Shown here: one piece after another, positions 57,243-63,913 of the stretch
Layout of the letters: each line of letters opens with the position of its first letter
Numbering within the stretch: position 1 is the stretch's first letter
Assembly (NCBI GenBank): GCA_043800705.1
Contig: JAZDMS010000038.1
Location: forward strand, 1-63,913
Length of the DNA: 63,913 nucleotides
DNA from: Candidatus Altiarchaeota archaeon
GTDB taxonomy: Archaea > Altiarchaeota > Altiarchaeia > IMC4 > SCGC-AAA252-I15
Direction of reading: 5' to 3'
Notes under the pieces: model-generated
The model's input: only the letters and a program-made list of their open reading frames with translations
Databases searched by the model: none
What the model was told of the DNA's origin: nothing
Position numbers and translations under genes: made by a program

Positions 57243-57461
57243 TTAAAGATACCCCAGGGCCTTCAGCTTCTCGATGACCCTATCCTTGTCCTCCTGCGAC
57301 TTCGCACCCCTCCAATCGTTCCTGGAAGCCGCGATCTCCCGCAGGATGAACGTCACATAATCCGACAGGTTCTTGAACCCCGTATCCCTGATCTGAGCCC
57401 TGCAAACGTCTGCCAGGTCCGTAGGGATGCTGACCGTCGTATACTTGTTCCCGACTGGCAT
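57243..57461 (-). CDS. CopG/ribbon-helix-helix protein with LKALGYL tail
   Basis: YTTVSIP, TGFKNLSDYVTFILRE, IEKLKALGYL. Confidence 0.85.
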   Translation of the reverse strand: MPVGNKYTTVSIPTDLADVCRAQIRDTGFKNLSDYVTFILREIAASRNDWRGAKSQEDKDRVIEKLKALGYL

Positions 57462-57550
57462 CTTAGTAATTACCTATAATTACTTTAATTTAAGCGAAAA
57501 TTCGCCCATCTAGCTTATTAACTCATTTTTTCTATATTTTCATAGAAATA

Positions 57551-58135
57551 ATGAAACTAATGGATTTTTTTGAGGCCGTGCAATCGAATGGGGTGGCGGT
57601 GTTCACGCCGAGGGACTTCGAGAGTTTCATGGGCGTGAGGAGAAAGGCAGCCCAGGCGCTGTTGGGAAGGTATGTCCAAGCTGGTGCAGTATTGAAGCTT
57701 CGCAACGGATATTACGCCCCGAAATCGAAGAAGCCGTCGGAATACCTGATCTCCAACCGCGTCTACCAGCCCTCATACGTGTCTTTCGAGACCGCCCTCT
57801 CCCACCATGGCCTGATCCCGGAGACCGTATACGCCGTGTCTGCCGCGACCACCAAGGCGACAAGGGAGTTCACGATCCTGGGCGTCCCCTACCTCTACCA
57901 TAAGATAAAACGGCCGGCTTACACCGGATACTCCCCCACCAAGGTAGGCTCCGACACCGTATTCATCGCATCAGCGGAGAAGGCCCTTGTCGACTATCTC
58001 TACTTCGTCCACCTTGGGCGCAAGACGATGAACGACCGGATTAAACCGGGCAGAGTCGACGAAAAGAAGGTGCGCGAGTACTCCCGGCTATTCGGAAATC
58101 AAAAATTCGCGAGGTACGTGGAAGATGCTGTCTGA
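57551..58135 (+). CDS. Type IV TA antitoxin, AbiEi-like
   Basis: KLRNGYY, PSYVSFETALSHHGLIPE, EKALVD. Confidence 0.85.
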   Translation: MKLMDFFEAVQSNGVAVFTPRDFESFMGVRRKAAQALLGRYVQAGAVLKLRNGYYAPKSKKPSEYLISNRVYQPSYVSFETALSHHGLIPETVYAVSAATTKATREFTILGVPYLYHKIKRPAYTGYSPTKVGSDTVFIASAEKALVDYLYFVHLGRKTMNDRIKPGRVDEKKVREYSRLFGNQKFARYVEDAV

Positions 58136-58841
58136 ATCAGAGCTGCGGCGGATCGCCCAGAAAAACCAGGCCACGGAACTGAACACCGCCAGAGAATACG
58201 CCCAACACCTGTTCCTCAACTACCTCGGCCAAACGGAGGAAAGCAAAAAAATGCTCTTCAAAGGCGGCACCGCCTTGAGGATAGTATACGGAAGCCCGAG
58301 ATTCAGCGAAGACCTGGACTATACCCTGCTGGATAACAACATCGGCGTCAAGAAGACGATTGAAGAAGCCCTGACCGGCATGCGAAGCGAAGGATTCGAC
58401 ATATCATCCGAATTCCATACTACCTCGGGCGGCTGGCTGATACTGGCAGCGACCCAGGTGCATAGCCTACCGGTACGGATAGAACTGAACCTGTCAAACC
58501 GCAGAAAAACGACACCACACCCCCAATTCCACATGATACACTCCCAGTATGCCCCCGCATACACGCTTACAGCCCTTTCAGAAACACAGCTGGTCGAGGA
58601 AAAAATCCAAGCCCTCCTCTCAAGGAAGAAACCCAGAGACTACTACGACCTATACTTCATCATCCGCGCAGGCCTGGACAAAAAACCAGCCATCGAAAAC
58701 CGCAGCCGACTCCTCGAGGCCGTGGACGAAATAAAAGAGGCAAAACTCAAACCGGAACTGAAAACATTCCTGCCCCCAACCCACTGGCAAACCGTCACAA
58801 ACCTAAAAAACAACCTAAAAAAAGAACTGACCAGGCTATAA
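58125..58841 (+). CDS. Type IV TA toxin, AbiEii nucleotidyltransferase
   Basis: FKGGTAL, RFSEDLDY, EKIQAL, RDYYDL. Confidence 0.9.
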   Translation: MLSESELRRIAQKNQATELNTAREYAQHLFLNYLGQTEESKKMLFKGGTALRIVYGSPRFSEDLDYTLLDNNIGVKKTIEEALTGMRSEGFDISSEFHTTSGGWLILAATQVHSLPVRIELNLSNRRKTTPHPQFHMIHSQYAPAYTLTALSETQLVEEKIQALLSRKKPRDYYDLYFIIRAGLDKKPAIENRSRLLEAVDEIKEAKLKPELKTFLPPTHWQTVTNLKNNLKKELTRL

Positions 58842-58879
58842 AAAAGCCCCCCCACTTTAATTCAAAACAACCACAATAC

Positions 58880-59518
58880 ATGCATATGCGCCAGACACAC
58901 CAGATACTCATCGCCATCGCAGCGGCCTATGCGTTCATCCTCGTCCAAAACCACCTGGTGCCGATCCTCATCCCAGAAAGATGCGACAGCCTTGTCGGAC
59001 AGGAAATGAGGGACGAATGCTACAAGTCGATGGTGTATCCGAAGAAAGACGTCGACATGTGCCGGAAGATAGGCGATGCAGGGTTCAGGGACTCCTGCCT
59101 GAGCTATTTCGGACAGACAAACAAGAACATCGCCCTCTGCGCCGAGATAAGGGACATCACCTACGTCCGCTCCTGCCTGGACGGGAACCTCATCGCATCG
59201 GACGACTACGGCAAATGCATAAACCTCCTCGAAAACGTCAAAGACGAATGCACGATGCGCCTAACCGTCCGAAAGAACGACACAACGAAATGCGAAAGCC
59301 TCCAGTCAGCCCTGAGTCAAATTTGCCTCAACGAACTGGCGATTAAACTGAACGACGACGGGATATGCGCCAGGATGACTGACAAGTCCCAGTCGGCTGG
59401 ATGCAGGGAAAAATACGAGTTCCATTTCGCACGGCTGAGGGAATGCGGCCCCATCAGCGACACTAAGGCGAAGGCCGATTGCTTCGAGGGATTCGGCACA
59501 CAGAAGCCCCCCGAATAA
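58880..59518 (+). CDS. Membrane-anchored Cys-repeat protein
   Basis: N-terminal TM; about 7 repeats CxxI-x5-RDxC. Confidence 0.75.
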   Translation: MHMRQTHQILIAIAAAYAFILVQNHLVPILIPERCDSLVGQEMRDECYKSMVYPKKDVDMCRKIGDAGFRDSCLSYFGQTNKNIALCAEIRDITYVRSCLDGNLIASDDYGKCINLLENVKDECTMRLTVRKNDTTKCESLQSALSQICLNELAIKLNDDGICARMTDKSQSAGCREKYEFHFARLRECGPISDTKAKADCFEGFGTQKPPE

Positions 59519-59560
59519 CCCAATATTTAACATTAAATCCCATAATCCCATAGAAGGAAG

Positions 59561-60523
59561 ATGTACGGACCAGAAACCATAGCGATATTCGCGATATCCC
59601 TCTTTTCAACAATCTACCTGACGAAGCGCTTCATCAGCAGATTCCACCAAGGAGGATACGTCGTCCGCGACATGTATAAACCGGGCCGGCCGAAGGTCCC
59701 CACAATGGGTGGCGTCGCTCTCCTTGGGGGCGTAATGGTATCGCTGGTCGCAGCCGAAATCCTGATACGCGACAACGTCTTCGTCGAAAAACTGCTGGTT
59801 TTCTATTTCGTCATCATGGTCTATGGCGTATTCGGCCTCCTCGACGACCTCATCCAGGTCCAAAGCAGGATGAAGAAGGTCTATATACTCTATTTTCTGG
59901 CATTGCCAATAGCCCTCCTGAACATAGACACCACCGCGGAAATCCTCCACCTACAGATTCCCCTAGGGTGGATCTATAGCTTCATCCTAGCTCCGTTGTA
60001 CGTCATGGTCGTCGCCAACCTCATCAACATGCACGCAGGATTCAACGGATTAGACAGCGGCCTCACAATAATCCTCCTAACTGCCACCGGCCTCAAAGCC
60101 TACATGAAGGCCGACGGCGATACGCTCTTATACCTAGCCCCCATATTGGGCGGAATAATAGGATTCTACCTGTTCAACAGATACCCAAGCCGCATATTCT
60201 CCGGCAACAGCGGAAGCCTCATGTTCGGGGCCTCGGTGGGCGGCCTGATCATCCTATACAATCTGGAAACCTTCGGCGTAGTGATACTAATCCCTCACAT
60301 AATCAACTTCTTTCTTTGGATATACTGGCTCATACACATGGACGTCTATCCGCACATAAAATTCGCAAAAGTACGGAAGGACGGGACGATTGCGCCGCCT
60401 AACAAACTGACAATGAAATACCTGGTAACCACCCTCTTCAAAGTAAACGAGCAACAGGCGGTGGTCATCCTTTACGCAGTCACAATCTCCTTCTGCCTGA
60501 TCTCGCTACTGGCGGTCCCATAA
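59561..60523 (+). CDS. MraY/GPT-family polyprenol-phosphate HexNAc-1-P transferase (AglH-like)
   Basis: PTMGG, GLLDD, NMHAGFNG, PSRIFSGNSG. Confidence 0.88.
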   Translation: MYGPETIAIFAISLFSTIYLTKRFISRFHQGGYVVRDMYKPGRPKVPTMGGVALLGGVMVSLVAAEILIRDNVFVEKLLVFYFVIMVYGVFGLLDDLIQVQSRMKKVYILYFLALPIALLNIDTTAEILHLQIPLGWIYSFILAPLYVMVVANLINMHAGFNGLDSGLTIILLTATGLKAYMKADGDTLLYLAPILGGIIGFYLFNRYPSRIFSGNSGSLMFGASVGGLIILYNLETFGVVILIPHIINFFLWIYWLIHMDVYPHIKFAKVRKDGTIAPPNKLTMKYLVTTLFKVNEQQAVVILYAVTISFCLISLLAVP

Positions 60524-60529
60524 ATTGCC

Positions 60530-61576
60530 ATGAAAATACAAATCGACATCGGCCATCCGGCGCATGTCCACTACTTCAAGAACCTCATCTGGGATATGGA
60601 GCGGAAAGGCCATGAATTCGCGGTCACCGCGCGTAATAAGGAGATCATCCACCATCTACTCCGGGCATACGGTATAAAATACACAGACCGGGGATCAGGC
60701 TCACCGAACATTCTGGGAAAAATCATCTACCTGCCAAAAGCCGACATGCTCCTGTACAAGGTGGCTACAGCGTTCAAACCGGACATGTTCCTCAGTTTTG
60801 GATCCATGTATGCAGCACATGCATCACGGCTTGTCGGTAGACCCCATATAGCGTTCGATGACACCGAAAAGGCCACGTTGGGCAGAGCATTATACGCCCC
60901 GTTCACTGACATGATATGCACCCCTTCCTGCTTCACTAAGGAGCTAGGGAAGAGAAAGCACAGGAGGTACAACGGTTTCATAGAATTGTGCTATCTCCAT
61001 CCGAAAAGATTCAAGCCCGACCGAAAAATATTGGATGATATCGGAGTCGGATCCAGGACCAGATTCCACGTCGTTCGGTTCGTCTCATGGGGTGCCAGCC
61101 ATGATGTCGGAGAAACGGGGCTAAGATTGGATGAAAAGAGGCGATTGATTAACCTCCTTGAGAAGGACGGCGACGTATACATCACCTCCGAAGGGAAGCT
61201 CCCAGCAGAATTCGAAAAATATCGCCTCCCCGTGAAACCTGAACAGATACACCATCTCCTCGCCTACGCGACACTCTACTTCGGGGAAAGCCCGACAATG
61301 GCCACGGAATCGGCGATACTCGGCACACCCGCAATCTGCGTCAACTCATGGGCTTGTGATTGCGGCAACTTCAATGAGCTGAAAAAATATGACCTGATAG
61401 GATGCTATCATCCACGGGACTTCGACCGGGCATTGGATCACACAAGGAAACTCCTCTCCAGACCTGGTTTAAAGGCCGAATGGGCTAGGAAACGGGATAA
61501 GCTGCTCGAAGACAAAATAGACGTCACCGCCTGGATGATGGAACTGATAGAGGGTTTTATTCAGACACCACACTAA
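60530..61576 (+). CDS. DUF354-family predicted glycosyltransferase
   Basis: DIGHPAHVHYFK, DDTE, ASHD, TMATESAILGTP. Confidence 0.85.
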   Translation: MKIQIDIGHPAHVHYFKNLIWDMERKGHEFAVTARNKEIIHHLLRAYGIKYTDRGSGSPNILGKIIYLPKADMLLYKVATAFKPDMFLSFGSMYAAHASRLVGRPHIAFDDTEKATLGRALYAPFTDMICTPSCFTKELGKRKHRRYNGFIELCYLHPKRFKPDRKILDDIGVGSRTRFHVVRFVSWGASHDVGETGLRLDEKRRLINLLEKDGDVYITSEGKLPAEFEKYRLPVKPEQIHHLLAYATLYFGESPTMATESAILGTPAICVNSWACDCGNFNELKKYDLIGCYHPRDFDRALDHTRKLLSRPGLKAEWARKRDKLLEDKIDVTAWMMELIEGFIQTPH

Positions 61577-61590
61577 TAATAAAGATTCTC

Positions 61591-63612
61591 ATGTGTGGCA
61601 TCTTCGGAATACTGGTGAAAGCCGGTTCCCACTACGACGAGCGCTTCCTTAAGTCCCTCCTAGAAAAATTGGCGATACTCTCCGAGTCGAGGGGAAAGGA
61701 TTCGGCAGGCCTTGCTTTCCGGCTCGAAAAAGACCATAAAATCAACATCATACGCAGTGCAATGCCCGTTTCTTTGCTGCTCAGGCAAGAAGTCACAAAA
61801 GACCAATTAACCGAAGCCCTAAAATCAGCATCATACCCCCTCATTGTCATAGGTCATGCCCGCCTCGCCACAAACGGTTCCCAACTGATAGACTACAACA
61901 ACCAGCCAGTTTTAAAAAACGGGATAATCGGCGTACACAATGGGATCATAACAAACGTCAATGAGATATGGGCGAGCAACCCTATGCTAAAGCGGGAATA
62001 TGACATAGACACAGAGGCGATGCTCGCATTGATGGCTCATCATCTGGGCCAAGGCTCATCCATTCCACAATCGGTGTCAAAGGCAATCGATACCGTCTAT
62101 GGGACCGTCGCGGCGGCTCTGATGTTCGAAGATAGGGACGAGGTCGTGCTTACAACCAACAACGGCTCATTATATTCGGCGACAAACAACAGAGACATCG
62201 TGATCTTCGGGTCTGAAAAGTACATACTCACAGCCCTCCTATCCGAAACGATAGTGAAAAACTCCATCGGGGATTGTGAAATCAGGCAAGTAAGACCTCG
62301 AACCGGTGTCGTATGGCATATACACGAATTCTCCTGGGAGGAATTCGACTACGACACCGCTTCAAGGACCAGCTCTGGGGATGAACCCGCCGGATTCAGG
62401 GCAAACATCACGGACATCCCATCCACTCTACGTCAGCTGCACTCCGTCGTGGACGAGGAGGCCATACGCTCCAATCCCCGCTCGAGCGAAGAACGCAAGC
62501 TCCTAGAGTTCAACATCAACAGAATCAATGCTCTGAAAAGATGCACCAGATGCCTCCTACCAGAGACCTTCCCCTTCATAGAATTCGACGAGAAGGGGGT
62601 ATGCAACTTCTGCAACAACCACGTGTCATACAACCCAAAGGGCCTAACGGAGCTGAAACGCATCATCGAGCCCTACAAGGGCGATTCTGGGGAACCTGAT
62701 ACGATCGTATCCTTCAGCGGAGGCAGGGACAGCACATTCCTTCTCCACATGGCCAAGAAAGAACTCGGCCTCAACCCCATCGCATACACCTACGATTGGG
62801 GCATGGTCACGGACCTCGCCCGCCGGAACATCGCGAGAGTGTGCGGAAAACTCGGCGTGGAAAACATATTGGTATCCGCGGACATCAGAAAAAAGAGGGA
62901 GAACATACGGAAGAACATAACGGCATGGCTTAAACGGCCTCACCTCGGTGCCGTCCCCCTGTTCATGGCGGGGGATAAATATTTCTTCCACCATTGCAAC
63001 GAGTTGAGAAAACAGACCGGGATACGTTTGAACATCTGGGGAACCAACCCCATGGAGATAACGCAATTCAAGGCAGGCTTCGCTGGTTTGAGGCCTCAGT
63101 TCAGCAAAAAGTACGTGCCGAACTTCACCCTCAAGAACCAGATGATGCTGTTAAAATTCGCCGGCCGGAACATACTCTCCAATCCCGCATATTTGAACTC
63201 CTCCGTCAGTGACACGATAGGCTCTTACATCACGAAGTATGTCTCCCCCCGAAGCGACTATTATCGGTTCTTCGACTATTACCCCTGGAACGAGAAGGAG
63301 GTCGTGGACCTGATAATCCGCGAATACGGATGGGAGACCGCGAAGGACACGGACGCCACCTGGCGGATAGGAGACGGCACCGCAAGCTTCTATGACTACA
63401 TCTACTACAATGTGGCTGGTTTCTCAGAGGTCGATACCTTCAGGAGCAACCAGATCAGGGAGGGTATGATCACGCGTGATGATGGTCTAAAGTTCATAGA
63501 GAAAGAAAATTATCCAAGATACGAATCGATAAAATGGTATCTGGAAGCGGTCGGCCTGGACTACAGAGATACCCTCGAGAGAATCAATCGCATACCAAAG
63601 CTTTACAAGTGA
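61591..63612 (+). CDS. Class II glutamine amidotransferase fused to an N-acetyl sugar amidotransferase (PP-loop) domain
   Basis: MCGIFG, RGKDSAG, GHARL, HNGII; CTRC...CNFC, FSGGRDS. Confidence 0.85.
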   Translation: MCGIFGILVKAGSHYDERFLKSLLEKLAILSESRGKDSAGLAFRLEKDHKINIIRSAMPVSLLLRQEVTKDQLTEALKSASYPLIVIGHARLATNGSQLIDYNNQPVLKNGIIGVHNGIITNVNEIWASNPMLKREYDIDTEAMLALMAHHLGQGSSIPQSVSKAIDTVYGTVAAALMFEDRDEVVLTTNNGSLYSATNNRDIVIFGSEKYILTALLSETIVKNSIGDCEIRQVRPRTGVVWHIHEFSWEEFDYDTASRTSSGDEPAGFRANITDIPSTLRQLHSVVDEEAIRSNPRSSEERKLLEFNINRINALKRCTRCLLPETFPFIEFDEKGVCNFCNNHVSYNPKGLTELKRIIEPYKGDSGEPDTIVSFSGGRDSTFLLHMAKKELGLNPIAYTYDWGMVTDLARRNIARVCGKLGVENILVSADIRKKRENIRKNITAWLKRPHLGAVPLFMAGDKYFFHHCNELRKQTGIRLNIWGTNPMEITQFKAGFAGLRPQFSKKYVPNFTLKNQMMLLKFAGRNILSNPAYLNSSVSDTIGSYITKYVSPRSDYYRFFDYYPWNEKEVVDLIIREYGWETAKDTDATWRIGDGTASFYDYIYYNVAGFSEVDTFRSNQIREGMITRDDGLKFIEKENYPRYESIKWYLEAVGLDYRDTLERINRIPKLYK

Positions 63613-63648
63613 TCCCCTATTTAATACTTTCCCCTATCTATTCATACC

Positions 63649-63913
63649 ATGGCCAAGATACGGTTTGCCGTCATCGGATGCGGAGCCATCGGAGCCCGGC
63701 ATGCCGAGCGCATAAGCGGCAATCCGCATGCCGAACTTGCCTACGTCTGCGACATAAAGCCTGATAGGGCGAAGATGCTAGCGGAAAAATACGCTTCACA
63801 GCCGGTGACAGACTATCACGAACTCCTCAAAGGGGACTTTGAGGTCGCGAACGTCTGCACCCCGAACAGCACTCATTCAGGGATAACCGTCGATTTCTTG
63901 AAGGCCGGCAAAC
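63649..63913 (+). CDS. Gfo/Idh/MocA oxidoreductase, truncated by the window end
   Basis: MAKIRFAVIGCGAIGARH...VCTPNSTH. Confidence 0.85.
   Translation, partial: MAKIRFAVIGCGAIGARHAERISGNPHAELAYVCDIKPDRAKMLAEKYASQPVTDYHELLKGDFEVANVCTPNSTHSGITVDFLKAGK

Overview
GC-rich archaeal chromosome fragment. Gene content and protein style are most consistent with Ca. Altiarchaeota or a related DPANN-type lineage (inference only). Housekeeping genes: aIF-1A, RIO1, trxB, rpl39e, nmd3, purB, hisI, oapABC, rpl15e, tRNA-Asn, a CAT-anticodon tRNA (probably Ile2), RPA, TBP and SSB. Cell-surface content is heavy: two tandem, divergent AglB/STT3-like oligosaccharyltransferases (PWDHG in place of WWDYG) abutting a stand-alone arlHIJ motor module, a pilin-like domain fused to a polytopic membrane domain, a VirB6/TrbL-like protein coupled to a Cys-rich adhesin-like gene, at least six paralogous Cys-repeat exported proteins, and a glycan cluster (wbpABED-like, cysDN, AglH-like, DUF354, amidotransferase) interrupted by an AAA+ ATPase and an AbiE toxin-antitoxin pair. 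Non-coding signals: a 17-bp tandem repeat at the window edge, partial duplications at both tRNA genes, a candidate eL15 leader, and two unexplained structured intergenic elements of about 180 and 290 nt. All calls come from motif recognition and hand-folding; no database searches were run. No CRISPR array, integrase or transposase was seen.
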